Part shown: positions 1 through 10,475 of the stretch, in pieces | Layout: each line of letters starts with the position of its first letter | Position numbering within the stretch: the first letter of the stretch is position 1 | Origin: a virus | Length of the DNA: 64,000 nt | Strand: one strand, 5' to 3' | Virus record (IMG/VR): IMGVR_UViG_3300016471_000863 | Position numbers and translations under genes: made by a program | Notes under the pieces: generated by a model | The model's input: the letters and a program-made list of their open reading frames with translations, nothing else | Told to the model about the DNA's origin: nothing | Databases searched by the model: none

Positions 1-62
1 CTCTCAATATCATCTGGACTTATTTTCTGAATCGACATATTACGTGTATATTAAGTATTACA

Positions 63-386
63 CTATTTTTTTTCAAATTCTAAAATCTTTTTTTGAAAAT
101 CTGGATTGTCCACTAATAGTGCATGAAGCCGAGGAGCTAATGCTTTTGTAACTTGATCCGTATTAATCTCATCAATTCCGGTATTGTCTAATAATCCATG
201 CAAGATCTCATGAATTAATGTCTCATTTTGAAATGTTGTTTCCAAATCCGCTCTTATATAAATTTGTGATGTCGGATATTCAATATATCCATATGCTTCT
301 TCATGTTCTTTAAACACAGAATTTTCTTCTGCATCTTGTTCATGAATTGTATATGTGCGAGCCCCTATTTTTATTTGCTTTATCAT
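63..386 (-). CDS. Small zincin-like (ImmA/IrrE-type) HEXXH metallopeptidase-fold protein
   Basis: Motif ETLIHEILH preceded by YGYIEY...QIYIR, typical of small phage ImmA/IrrE-like proteins. Confidence 0.7.
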   Translation of the reverse strand: MIKQIKIGARTYTIHEQDAEENSVFKEHEEAYGYIEYPTSQIYIRADLETTFQNETLIHEILHGLLDNTGIDEINTDQVTKALAPRLHALLVDNPDFQKKILEFEKK

Positions 387-398
387 ATTACGATACTT

Positions 399-585
399 TT
401 AATATGTTTTGTACTGATTAATATTGATTAAATCTAATATTACATGTGATATATTATTATTTTTACAAAATTCATAAGAATTTTTTATCTTCTCTAAGAG
501 ATACAACAGAACAATATTTTCGATCTGGTTTCCTATTTTTAGGACCAGATTTGCAAGTTATATACACATAATCATATTTTTTCAT
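399..585 (-). pseudogene. Possible degenerate endonuclease remnant
   Basis: ATG at 585 gives MKKYDYVYITCKSGPKNRKPDRKYCSVVSLREDKK(FL*). A shifted frame continues YEFCKNNNISHVILD. The pieces resemble the RKYCS Zn motif and the 'D.KK..FCKNNNI' tail of DUF559/Vsr-like phage endonucleases. Confidence 0.3.
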
Positions 586-644
586 ATTATAACATCTTGT
601 CTAATGATTTAATATAGAACAAGAGATATAACATTTAGACTATT

Positions 645-1859
645 TTATATATTTCTGTTTTTTTGCAGTATATTTGCCGCTTTTTTCTTAGAAAAATCAA
701 GTCGAACTTTGAAAGTTAAATCGCGTTCATCATCTTTTAGAACCGGACGACTTACTTTTGCTACTGCCAGAAGATTGTCATTTGCGTCATATAATCCTAT
801 ACTGCTTACAAAAGTAAATGTTCTTTGAACTTCTTCTTGACCTTCATCGATTACAGTTATTCTATTATTAGCATCGGTGAATGTTGGATTTGACGAATAA
901 TTGAATTCATCTGCTGCTGCCCGACAGAAGAATAGAGTACTATTGATATTTGTTATATTCTGGAAAGTTATTGAAGTCTCATTAGAGCGAGTAAATCTTG
1001 TTGAACATACATGGTCTAAGAAATCATCAATTGATGCTGAAGCCATTAAGCTTTTGAAGGATCCGGTAAAGTTTGCTTGAATACCTGTTGCAAATTGAAC
1101 GCTACTGATTGCTCCGGTTAGCGGTCCACGATCATCAAAACTTTTTTGCATATCTATAACAGCGATTCCTTTATCTAGAAATAGCAATCCTAATGGATTA
1201 TTTACGTTAGCGGAATCTACTAAGGTAGAGACTTGTCCACCGGCAGCAAAAAATTTATTTGTACTGGAATTTATATCTGTAATGATTATAGACCCTGTTG
1301 AACTTATTAAGTTTAAATTTGAAGCTGGTGATGTAAAGTTTGCACCCGTAGAAGCAAATCTTAGTGCGAATGTTTCTCTTTTTACTGCATCACGCGCAAA
1401 AAGACGTTTAAAGCAAAAGAAAAGTGCTTCTTTTATTTCGAATCCGGTAGAACCTGAAACTTGCGTTGTAAATTTCGAAGTAGAATCACCTAGAAGGTTT
1501 TGAGCAAAAAGACGATATATGTCCATCTTTTCTCTCATCATTAGATAATTTGATCCAAAGATATATTTTCCATTTGAATCAATTGTTGGATTTGCTCCAG
1601 TGACAACACCCGAATCTTTATGTAGTCCAAATGTAACATCGAATACTGCATTTGCCGTTTGCAGAGTAAAATCTTGATCGAATATTGTTTGGAATAAAGA
1701 GGAGGTGACCCCTGGACCCAATCCGCCGGTAACGAAAACTTGATATTGTCTTCTAGTAGCTGAACTGGAGATATCTGATCCTAGTATATCGACTAATTGA
1801 TTTAGATATGAGCGATTACTTTTAACATCATCGGCGCTGAACTCTTTAAATATTGCCAC
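645..1859 (-). CDS. Virion structural protein; C-terminus resembles the second half of the tail-collar fibre (DUF3751-like) domain
   Basis: C-terminal FVSSIGLYDANDNLLAVAKVSRPVLK...KVRLDF motif; GTG start; lies in the structural cluster. Confidence 0.65.
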   Translation of the reverse strand: MAIFKEFSADDVKSNRSYLNQLVDILGSDISSSATRRQYQVFVTGGLGPGVTSSLFQTIFDQDFTLQTANAVFDVTFGLHKDSGVVTGANPTIDSNGKYIFGSNYLMMREKMDIYRLFAQNLLGDSTSKFTTQVSGSTGFEIKEALFFCFKRLFARDAVKRETFALRFASTGANFTSPASNLNLISSTGSIIITDINSSTNKFFAAGGQVSTLVDSANVNNPLGLLFLDKGIAVIDMQKSFDDRGPLTGAISSVQFATGIQANFTGSFKSLMASASIDDFLDHVCSTRFTRSNETSITFQNITNINSTLFFCRAAADEFNYSSNPTFTDANNRITVIDEGQEEVQRTFTFVSSIGLYDANDNLLAVAKVSRPVLKDDERDLTFKVRLDFSKKKAANILQKNRNI

Positions 1860-1906
1860 GGTTTACCTATTTTCTTTATAGTCTAAATATTATTTCAGTA
1901 ATGTTT

Positions 1907-2620
1907 TCAAATTGTTTTATTAATTTGAGTTTGGAATTCCAATACGGCACCGGATTGGACGCCGGAAACTTTTACATAAGTTGTTATTAAATTTTTATTG
2001 AATGCTGCGCCATAAACTTGGAACTGACTTTCAGTAATAGACTTTGTAGCAATAGTGATAGTAAGCTTTGATCCACCAAGAGATGTTTCTCCGGCATCAC
2101 GAGCAATAATGTAGGTTGCTTTTTGTTGACCATCGATATTATCTGGTGCAGTTCCAATTACTTGCAAGAATTGATTATTCATCTCAACAATAAATGATTG
2201 ATCTCGTAATTCAACATCGATACTTGTTTCATTTAATATATCTTGTGAAACTGTAATTGTACGTCGTTTTTGAGTTGTATTTCCAATAGAAAGAATGTTG
2301 TTTGTCAAATCCACTCCTTCGCCCGTGAAAGTAATATTTGGTAAACGAATAAGGTTTGGATTTGATATAGAAATGCAGCGATATTTTTGTGCTAGTGAAC
2401 CATTTGTGAGGGCTTCAAAAATTGGGGTATTTTTTTCAATTTTTTCTTTACCTACAGTTCTTCCATATTTTTGGATAATCGAATAATCAACTTCATCATC
2501 CCCAAGGGCAAATTTTACTACACTAAAACTGCCGTCGTTTCGGGAAAGAAACTGTCTACCTTGATCTGTTAGAACTGCATCTAAAATAATGTTATTGGTA
2601 TCGCCTTGTAAAAATCCCAC
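1907..2620 (-). CDS. Virion structural protein; N-terminus resembles the first half of the tail-collar fibre (DUF3751-like) domain
   Basis: ILDAVLTDQGRQFLSRNDGSFSVVKFALGDDEVDY motif; GTG start with upstream AAGGA. Confidence 0.65.
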   Translation of the reverse strand: MGFLQGDTNNIILDAVLTDQGRQFLSRNDGSFSVVKFALGDDEVDYSIIQKYGRTVGKEKIEKNTPIFEALTNGSLAQKYRCISISNPNLIRLPNITFTGEGVDLTNNILSIGNTTQKRRTITVSQDILNETSIDVELRDQSFIVEMNNQFLQVIGTAPDNIDGQQKATYIIARDAGETSLGGSKLTITIATKSITESQFQVYGAAFNKNLITTYVKVSGVQSGAVLEFQTQINKTI

Positions 2621-2647
2621 TGTTCGTTATCCTTTGTAATAATCCTG

Positions 2648-4378
2648 TTGTATAATTATGGTACAACATTCTATTTCATTAAGTATGAAGAATTTTTAAT
2701 TTTGAACATTTTGTATAGGTATATAGTGAAAAAAATAAGTTATGAAAAAGCAGCAGAACGTTTTCAAATACAGGGAAGAGGCGATATCATTTTATGTGAA
2801 GATGGTTACAATGGCTGGAAAGAGAAATCTAAATTTTGGGATAAAATTATTAAAGATTGGTTTTGGGCTATACCAAAAAATGTTTATGTTCAAAAATCAT
2901 GCCATCCTGAAAGATCTATAGAAAATAGAAAAAATACTAATATAGAAAAATATGGAAACAATTGCTCATTGCACGGTGATACGGATGGAGCGATAAAAAT
3001 TCAGGAAAAAGTTAAAAAAACATTAGTAGAAAAATATGGTGTAGATAATCCATTTAAATCAGAAGAAATAAAGGAAAAGATATCTAACAAATTGAGAGAA
3101 AAATATGGAGTTGAACATATCTCACAATTAGATGAAATAAAAAACAAAAAAAGAGAAACTGCTTTTAGGAATTACGGTGTTTCGCATCACATGCAAGCAT
3201 CGGAAGTAAAAGAAAAATTTAAAAATACTAGTATGGAAAAATATAATGTTGAACATCCTAGTAAAAATGAAACGATAAAAAATCGTAAAAAAAATACATT
3301 TTTAGAAAAATATAAAGTTGAGCATCCATTTGCTTTATCTGGTGTTGTTGAAAAAAAAAATCAAACCATGATTGAGAAATATGGCACTACCAATTCTTGG
3401 TTAAAACCTACTAAAATTATTATTGAAACAAATACATCAATTAAAGATTGGTATCAATGTCAAGAGGGTATTAAGCCTTCTTATGGATGGATTCTAAAGC
3501 ATTTTAAAGGGGAAAATGAAATTAGAAAAGGGCAATTAGAGCAGATACTTTTACAATTTAATGAAAAAAAGACATCATTGGAAATTTATTCTGAAGGTAT
3601 TTTTAATTCTAAACATTATAATAAGCGAGTCGAGGCGCTAGCAAAAGCGTATAAACCAGATTTTAAACTCTCTGAAAATATATTTGTAAATGTAGATGGA
3701 CTCTATTGGCATTCGGATTTACAGAAAGAAAAAGACTATCATTTTCAGCTTAGAAAAGATTTTGAAGAACTTAATTTAAGGATTTTTCAATTCAGAGAAG
3801 ATGAAATAAGAAATAAAACTTCAATTGTTTCTTCTATCATTGATAATGCTCTTGGAAAGACGATGTATAAACTACATGCAAGAAAGTGTGAATTGTGTAT
3901 TGTCACAGCGGAAGATGCTAATATTTTCTTAGAGAAAAATCATTTAATGGGTGCAACAAATGCAAAACATTTAGGATTAAAGCATGATGGCAAGCTTGTT
4001 TCGATATGTTCCTATAAGCAAAAGGGAAATGTTTGCAAAATAGAAAGATTTTGTTCGCAAATATCGACAAATGTAGTTGGTGGATTTTCTAAATTACTAA
4101 AATATCTTGAAGATAATTTCCTATATTCAAATGTAAGCGAAATACACAACTGGGTAGACTTGCGCTACGGTACAGGCAAACATTTAGAAGAAAAAGGTTT
4201 TAGAGCCATTAGAGACACGCTAGGATGGAAATGGACAGATTATATGCAAACCTATAATCGTCTTCGCTGTAGAGCTAATATGGACAATAGAAAATTATCA
4301 GAAAAAGAATATTCTGAAGAATTAGGTTGGGAACGAATTTATGATGCTGGTCAAAGACTTTACATAAAATCTTTATAA
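2648..4378 (+). CDS. Free-standing homing-endonuclease-like protein: KYG repeats + PD-(D/E)XK (DUF559/Vsr-like) nuclease + C-terminal GNAT/Mom-like domain
   Basis: Seven EKYG(V)xxP-type repeats; KPDF...VDGLYWHS nuclease motif; C-terminal NHLMG...IERFCS...VVGGFSKLL...WVDLRY...IYDAG; antisense to flanking genes. True start is probably GTG at 2726. Confidence 0.75.
   Translation: MYNYGTTFYFIKYEEFLILNILYRYIVKKISYEKAAERFQIQGRGDIILCEDGYNGWKEKSKFWDKIIKDWFWAIPKNVYVQKSCHPERSIENRKNTNIEKYGNNCSLHGDTDGAIKIQEKVKKTLVEKYGVDNPFKSEEIKEKISNKLREKYGVEHISQLDEIKNKKRETAFRNYGVSHHMQASEVKEKFKNTSMEKYNVEHPSKNETIKNRKKNTFLEKYKVEHPFALSGVVEKKNQTMIEKYGTTNSWLKPTKIIIETNTSIKDWYQCQEGIKPSYGWILKHFKGENEIRKGQLEQILLQFNEKKTSLEIYSEGIFNSKHYNKRVEALAKAYKPDFKLSENIFVNVDGLYWHSDLQKEKDYHFQLRKDFEELNLRIFQFREDEIRNKTSIVSSIIDNALGKTMYKLHARKCELCIVTAEDANIFLEKNHLMGATNAKHLGLKHDGKLVSICSYKQKGNVCKIERFCSQISTNVVGGFSKLLKYLEDNFLYSNVSEIHNWVDLRYGTGKHLEEKGFRAIRDTLGWKWTDYMQTYNRLRCRANMDNRKLSEKEYSEELGWERIYDAGQRLYIKSL
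2945..3400 (+). repeat. Seven ~22-aa protein-level repeats (EKYGVxxP family)
   Basis: EKYGNNC, EKYGVDNP, EKYGVEHI, RNYGVSHH, EKYNVEHP, EKYKVEHP, EKYGTTNS in the translation. Confidence 0.8.
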
Positions 4379-4382
4379 GATT

Positions 4383-6209
4383 TCAAGTTCTTCGATTGTC
4401 GATTAAATTAATTTTAATATTTTCTTGTGTTTGCAGATCTACGTTTATAAGCTGTAATTGATATGAGGAATCTGCGTCTGTTTTTAACACATTTAAATTA
4501 TTTGAATTTGCATCTAATACGGTCATGAATTCAGGATTAAATACAATTTCTAAATTTTTATGATTGCTATCCCTGATGGTATCTACAAATGTATCTCTTA
4601 GCAGATATGCATTTGGATAAACTTTAGGTGCTCCCGCTAGGGAAACAGGCTTGATTATAATTTTATTAGCAAATTTATCAAAATAACATTCAAATTGAAT
4701 GCTATAATTTGAGCTATAACCGTGTGCATCAATTGCACATATCGTGTATATAAATCGCGAATCTTTTGTAAACTCTGCATCTAAGTAATAACTTTTTGGA
4801 GAGGTTAATTTTTCTATCAATTCTTGATTGGGAGTTTCTGGTAAAACTAGAGGAACTGAAGAATCATTGAAATCATACATTTTTATCAATTCAAATGGAT
4901 CTTCGATTTTATTTCTTCTAAATACTTGAAAGTATTTTATATCTCTTTGAGGATTTGGTGGAAAAGACCATGTTAATCTAGCGGCTTGTCTATAAGAATC
5001 CCATCCAACTTTAAAATCTGCTACTTCTGGCGGAGCTACAAATTCTTCTGTTTTAACAATTATTTCATTGCTTGGTTTTGAGGCAACAAGAAATGATAAT
5101 GCGGCTATAGAATTAAATTCACTGTCTTCAACGGCTATTTCTACATAAACGATACTTTTTATTTTATATCCATATGTACTTCCATATTTGATTTTAATAT
5201 CTGCGGTTGTTGAAGCGTTCTTGTTTTCTACAACTATTGGTTCTCTATCAATTGAAGTACCATCGGAAAAATATTCTTTCTTTTCTATTACATAACCAAC
5301 TACCTGTACGGTAGAATCAAATGCGTTAGGATCTATTCCAGATCTAAAGTCAATAAAATCATAGAATTCAAAATCATAATCTGACCCGTTTAACATTGAA
5401 GAATCTTTTTCTATCAATGCTTTTTCTTGGATATTTTTTGTTTCTTCTAAAATTGGCTCCAATTCATCTTTAAACAAAGATATTGTATTATTCTGCGAAG
5501 TTTTCAATATTGAATTAATAAATTTATTATTTATTTGGGCTCTGACTTTTACATTTCTCGTTCTATCTTCTAGTTGTTTAGACAATGCATCTATGCCAGG
5601 ATCAGAATTTTTTAAAAACAAGATACCATTATTTTTCATTTGCACGAATGCTTTTGCCAAAAAATTTCCATCAATCAAATCCGAAGTATTGTTATTGATA
5701 AACTTAACAACATCCAATTGAGATCCTTCAATTAATCTTTGTCTTTTTGCAGCCTCGTCAGGGTTTGCTGCCGAGTCTATATTATTTTGGTCTGTAATAA
5801 TTTCAGAAAGCTGTCTTTTGATAAAATATTGTAACTTTTGGTCTTGTCCATTATCTTGGAAAGAAATATTTGTATATTCGTCGGAAATGAAATTTTCTTC
5901 GCTATGAATTTTATTTAAATTTCTTTTTATTGAAACATTTATAGATAAATCTGGTCGATTTCCATATGGAACACTTCGCCATTCAAATCTAACCAATCTG
6001 GGAATAAATCTTTTAAAATTAATAGAATCTAAAACAACAGAATTAAGATTTTCAGAAGGACGTTCACGTAATCCTTCAATAGTTTCGTTTCCAGAATCAT
6101 TTAATCTTTCATCTTTTGTGAAAAAATTATAAACGAATTCTCCTATGAATTTTGGTACTTCAGGTGCGTCAATAATAATTGTTCTTTTTGATGGTAATGT
6201 TTGAGCCAT
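4383..6209 (-). CDS. Putative structural protein with fibronectin-III/Ig-like domains
   Basis: PPEVADF...LTWSFP...YFQVFRR...YLD...YTICAIDAHGYSS pattern; structural context. Confidence 0.55.
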   Translation of the reverse strand: MAQTLPSKRTIIIDAPEVPKFIGEFVYNFFTKDERLNDSGNETIEGLRERPSENLNSVVLDSINFKRFIPRLVRFEWRSVPYGNRPDLSINVSIKRNLNKIHSEENFISDEYTNISFQDNGQDQKLQYFIKRQLSEIITDQNNIDSAANPDEAAKRQRLIEGSQLDVVKFINNNTSDLIDGNFLAKAFVQMKNNGILFLKNSDPGIDALSKQLEDRTRNVKVRAQINNKFINSILKTSQNNTISLFKDELEPILEETKNIQEKALIEKDSSMLNGSDYDFEFYDFIDFRSGIDPNAFDSTVQVVGYVIEKKEYFSDGTSIDREPIVVENKNASTTADIKIKYGSTYGYKIKSIVYVEIAVEDSEFNSIAALSFLVASKPSNEIIVKTEEFVAPPEVADFKVGWDSYRQAARLTWSFPPNPQRDIKYFQVFRRNKIEDPFELIKMYDFNDSSVPLVLPETPNQELIEKLTSPKSYYLDAEFTKDSRFIYTICAIDAHGYSSNYSIQFECYFDKFANKIIIKPVSLAGAPKVYPNAYLLRDTFVDTIRDSNHKNLEIVFNPEFMTVLDANSNNLNVLKTDADSSYQLQLINVDLQTQENIKINLIDNRRT

Positions 6210-9200
6210 TAGAACCCTGCTTCAATTGTTGTGAAATAATCTTCAAAAATAAGACCATCTGTATTTTCTTTTAAATAAATTTTATTATCTATTCTTATAA
6301 GTTTATCTTGAATATAATTTGATCTATATGCCAACCTTCCACTATCTGTAGCGGTACTTAAAGTTTCATCTACTTCAAATTTAGTTATATCGACGGGTAT
6401 TGTAAATATTCTTTCAAATAATTTTGGCTGTAGTACAGAAGCCTTAATATATTCTGGTTCAAATACAAAGCTGCCATAAGATACAAGCGTCAATATGTCT
6501 TTGACATCAGCATTTAAATTGGGTAACTTTAACATTTCTTCGATTGATAGATTTTGAGGAATCTGTATTCCTAAAACATTTACAATGTAGCCATAAACTA
6601 AATTTAGAAGTTTAGAGTTAATTTGAGTTCCTTGCACATATTCTTTCTCTAAGAATTCATCTTCATAAAATCTTATTCCAGTAAGTAAATTAATATATGA
6701 AGCCAGAAGATAGCTTGTCAAATGATTATTGATTAATTCTCTTTTTTGATCATTTGTTAGAAATCCATATTTGGGATTTAATACGATGTTGCTCAAATTT
6801 ATCTGTTGTTTAGATTTTACATCTTCGTAATCTGTAACAGTTGCTCTTCCTATTAAATTTCTAAAACTTTCCAATGGTCTTGGTTTAATGTTTACTACAT
6901 CTATTTCTTTTTGATAAAGACTTATATCAAATAAAAATTTTTGTGGTTTAAAAACCAAATCATCAAATCGTGCATCTCGTTTATAGACATTTACTGATAT
7001 TACATCAAATTGTTTATCTCTAAATGTTCTCTGATTGATGTTACGCATATCTACTCTATCTGATAATTGCCTAGAAAACCCAGAAGGAATACCGACAGTT
7101 AATAGTTTAATTTTTTTATCTGCTTTATTTATAGCAGTATATTGAAATTGTTGTAACAATAAGTTTAATGTCCTGTTTTCTTCTGGTTGGATTACATCAG
7201 AAATAATAACGTTATTGTACGATGTTCCTGAATCCTGGTTAAATGTTTTATTTGGTATTTTTTCTTTGATTAGATCTAAAGTGTAGATACTATTTCTTAT
7301 TTGAGTAGGGTTTTGCAACAATTCTAATGTTGTAATATTGTTGTCTTTTAAAAATGTTAAAAGAGTATTTTGATTGAAAAAGGTTGTTGCATATCTGCTA
7401 CCCTGTAATAACCAAGAAGAAATAACATACAAAATGTGCAATATATTTGCAATTGTTTTTTCTTCATCAATGATTTTATTTCTTACTGAAAAAAGACTTG
7501 CTCGTGCAACTGCATATGGAGACCTATAGGAAAATATTAAATTAAGATTTAAATTATTTTGAACGATATAAGATGAAATATTGGCTAAAGAAGAAGCTTC
7601 TTGATAGTTTGATGAAATTAGTTCGTTAACATTTTCAGAATTGTCAAATGCATTTCTTACCTCTCTATTTACTTGATTAGAAATATTGGCAGAGGTCGAT
7701 GTATTCGGAGAATTTCTTTGCGAAGAATTATTTCCTGCGATTGTAGAAATTGTTCCAAATCTTGTATCTAATCCGGTTCTAAGAGATGAGTTTCTTCCTT
7801 GTTGTAAGAATGAAAGATCTAAATTTCTTTTTGTAGATAAATCAATAAAATTAGATTTTTGTATTTTATTAGTTATATCGTCTTTGGTTATTGGAGTAAC
7901 TGGAAGTGCTAATAGTTCATTAATTGTATATAGTATATTTTTATTTCCAAAATTATCGACTGTTATTTGACCTTCCAATAGATTGTCAGATCGTTCATAA
8001 GTGCAATAAACATATTTGTTTATATAGCTGGCAAAAATTTCAAAAATCATCAACAGTTGGGTTGATGTACTTAGATAGTTGTATCTCGTTCTACGTGTTC
8101 CATCATCTAATAAATAAGAATTAGTACCTTGAGAAACAGCGGCATCTTGTAAAGAATCTGATATTTTTATAAATTCTTGAATAAAATTCGTAGTGCCACT
8201 GCCAGGATTTAAAGTTTCGTGTATTAATGCTCGATATATCTTACCCTTTTGAAATTTTACTTTGGTAAAATTATTTATCGAAGATACTGCACTGGTTGTG
8301 ATATCAAAAGTATTCGGAGAAAAACTTCTTCTAGAAACGGAAGTATTAAGTCCATCATTTGTAAATGCTCGTATAACTGGTCGGCGGATTCCTTCGGTTT
8401 CACTAAAATCAAAAGTCGAAGCATAACTTGGTGAAACAATATTGGTAATTGTAAAAACTCTATCTTCAATTTGTCTAGCGATAAGACCTAAAATAAAACT
8501 AAGATTACCAGCTACCTCATTGTCATTTAATTTTCTTACAATACCTGTAGTGGCAGCAGCAGTTAGATTACTTGTTGTTACCAAATCATTCGCTAAAAGA
8601 TTATATATTTCTCTTTTTTCTGATCTCACGGTTAATTTATTAATTGTGATACCTGCCAAACAAATATATTGAAATAATAAATTTTTTAGTTGCGGATCTC
8701 TATTTGCCAATTTGAATAATGCCGATATAATAACTTGATTTAAATTTAAATTTCTTGTTAAATTTATATCCATTAATGTAGTTAAATTATTTTTAATAGA
8801 ATTTAAAAATAAATCATTTATTTTTGTAGATATTAGTGGACTGGTTGGATTGTCAAAATCAAAGATATCTTCTATGATGCCACGAGCAGCGTTGGTTATC
8901 GTAGCGAATTTTGTTACATAGTCCGTATAAGGTTTTGTATTAAACGAAGGCGTATTTTGATTAACGTTTATGATTGAATCAACAAAATAATTGCTACCTG
9001 GAACATAAACTTGCCTTTGCTCTTCGGAATCTATATATTTGCTTTCAAAAGGTAAAATCATTCCGCCACCGATATCTGTAACATACAAAAGAGAAGAAAG
9101 GCTATTTGTACCTTCGGGTTTGTCAAAAATATTAGAACCAACTTCGCCAATTATGTTATCAAATGGATTACCATTTGGTTGAGCATTGAATCTACCAGCC

Positions 9201-10471
9201 AACGTTAATTGAACGTTACGTTGACCCAAGCCTTTTGAAACTCGAAATTCTTTACTTATAAGAGTAGTTAATATTTTAATTCTATCATCAGGATTTTCAG
9301 GTAAAGAATTTATAAAAGAATTAAAGAAATTGGGTTCTGTAGCATTCACAACTCTACTCGAAGAACGCAAGGTAGAAATATTAAAATTAAAAGTTTTTGA
9401 AGTCGTATATGATTTGTCTATTTTTATGGGAGATATGTCGTTTACTCTATCATCATCTGTTATATCTAATAACGAAAATGAATAAGTTTCTAATATTGAT
9501 CTAAAATCTGATAATAATTGTAATATTATTTTTGTATCTGAAAATGATGCAAATTTTACAAGATTATATTGCATTTTCTTTTCAAAGAAACGGTCTAATG
9601 AAAGAAAATTTCTACTGTAAAGATTAGATGGTATCTGTTTTATATTAAGAGATTTTTTAACAATATCAATTGTAGATAGTGCATTAGAAAAAAAAGAAAT
9701 TGTAGTATCCAGGTTTCTTATCGTTTGATCATACTCAGTTCTAATTTCATTTACTATATTCTGTATTTCTTTTATTTTTTCTTCCCGAGCATTTAATCTA
9801 TTTTTAGAAGAACCATCTATTTTATTTATTGGAGTTACTGTAGAATTGTTTCCTAAAAGATTAGGATTTAAATAAGCTTGAGCGGCTGTAATTTTTGAAC
9901 CTTTAATATTAGAATTTGTTTTGTTTTTTACAACAGTTTTTTCAATATTGCTCATCATTCTAACTAATGTTTCTTGTCTGAGGTTAGAAGCCTGATATTG
10001 CAAATTGATTAAGTCTCCGGCAGGAGTAGTGTTTTTTGTTAAGAAAAAATTTTCCGCTCTAAATGAACTGTCTCCTGTGTAAATTGGCAAAAAATCAATT
10101 GTTGATAATATTTCTGGTCGCAATGCCGATATTCCATTTTTTGCTATTGGCTCAAATTGTCCATTTACTATAGTAGTTTGTGCAACAGATAAATTATCTA
10201 TGTCATATGTTTTTATATTTCTAAATGAAAATAGTGGTCGCAATATTTGTACAGCAGGATTTGTTTGTAGAAAAGGTCGTCCAGGTAAAATATTAGGAAC
10301 ACTGCCAGGATTTGTTGAAGCACCAGAAAATACTCCTATTCCGGTGCCGCCTGCACCAAAACGTGCTCGATCATCAGATGTGCTTACGGTTGCACTTCTT
10401 GGTTGCGTGCTCAATCCGCCTAAAGATAGAGAATTGTCGTTTCTTAATATTATACCAAATCTTGGAGTCAT
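6209..10471 (-). CDS. Large hypothetical protein (1420 aa), probably virion-associated
   Basis: Long ORF translationally coupled to its neighbours; N/S/T-rich; no recognisable motif. Confidence 0.5.
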   Translation of the reverse strand: MTPRFGIILRNDNSLSLGGLSTQPRSATVSTSDDRARFGAGGTGIGVFSGASTNPGSVPNILPGRPFLQTNPAVQILRPLFSFRNIKTYDIDNLSVAQTTIVNGQFEPIAKNGISALRPEILSTIDFLPIYTGDSSFRAENFFLTKNTTPAGDLINLQYQASNLRQETLVRMMSNIEKTVVKNKTNSNIKGSKITAAQAYLNPNLLGNNSTVTPINKIDGSSKNRLNAREEKIKEIQNIVNEIRTEYDQTIRNLDTTISFFSNALSTIDIVKKSLNIKQIPSNLYSRNFLSLDRFFEKKMQYNLVKFASFSDTKIILQLLSDFRSILETYSFSLLDITDDDRVNDISPIKIDKSYTTSKTFNFNISTLRSSSRVVNATEPNFFNSFINSLPENPDDRIKILTTLISKEFRVSKGLGQRNVQLTLAGRFNAQPNGNPFDNIIGEVGSNIFDKPEGTNSLSSLLYVTDIGGGMILPFESKYIDSEEQRQVYVPGSNYFVDSIINVNQNTPSFNTKPYTDYVTKFATITNAARGIIEDIFDFDNPTSPLISTKINDLFLNSIKNNLTTLMDINLTRNLNLNQVIISALFKLANRDPQLKNLLFQYICLAGITINKLTVRSEKREIYNLLANDLVTTSNLTAAATTGIVRKLNDNEVAGNLSFILGLIARQIEDRVFTITNIVSPSYASTFDFSETEGIRRPVIRAFTNDGLNTSVSRRSFSPNTFDITTSAVSSINNFTKVKFQKGKIYRALIHETLNPGSGTTNFIQEFIKISDSLQDAAVSQGTNSYLLDDGTRRTRYNYLSTSTQLLMIFEIFASYINKYVYCTYERSDNLLEGQITVDNFGNKNILYTINELLALPVTPITKDDITNKIQKSNFIDLSTKRNLDLSFLQQGRNSSLRTGLDTRFGTISTIAGNNSSQRNSPNTSTSANISNQVNREVRNAFDNSENVNELISSNYQEASSLANISSYIVQNNLNLNLIFSYRSPYAVARASLFSVRNKIIDEEKTIANILHILYVISSWLLQGSRYATTFFNQNTLLTFLKDNNITTLELLQNPTQIRNSIYTLDLIKEKIPNKTFNQDSGTSYNNVIISDVIQPEENRTLNLLLQQFQYTAINKADKKIKLLTVGIPSGFSRQLSDRVDMRNINQRTFRDKQFDVISVNVYKRDARFDDLVFKPQKFLFDISLYQKEIDVVNIKPRPLESFRNLIGRATVTDYEDVKSKQQINLSNIVLNPKYGFLTNDQKRELINNHLTSYLLASYINLLTGIRFYEDEFLEKEYVQGTQINSKLLNLVYGYIVNVLGIQIPQNLSIEEMLKLPNLNADVKDILTLVSYGSFVFEPEYIKASVLQPKLFERIFTIPVDITKFEVDETLSTATDSGRLAYRSNYIQDKLIRIDNKIYLKENTDGLIFEDYFTTIEAGF

Positions 10472-10475
10472 ATAA

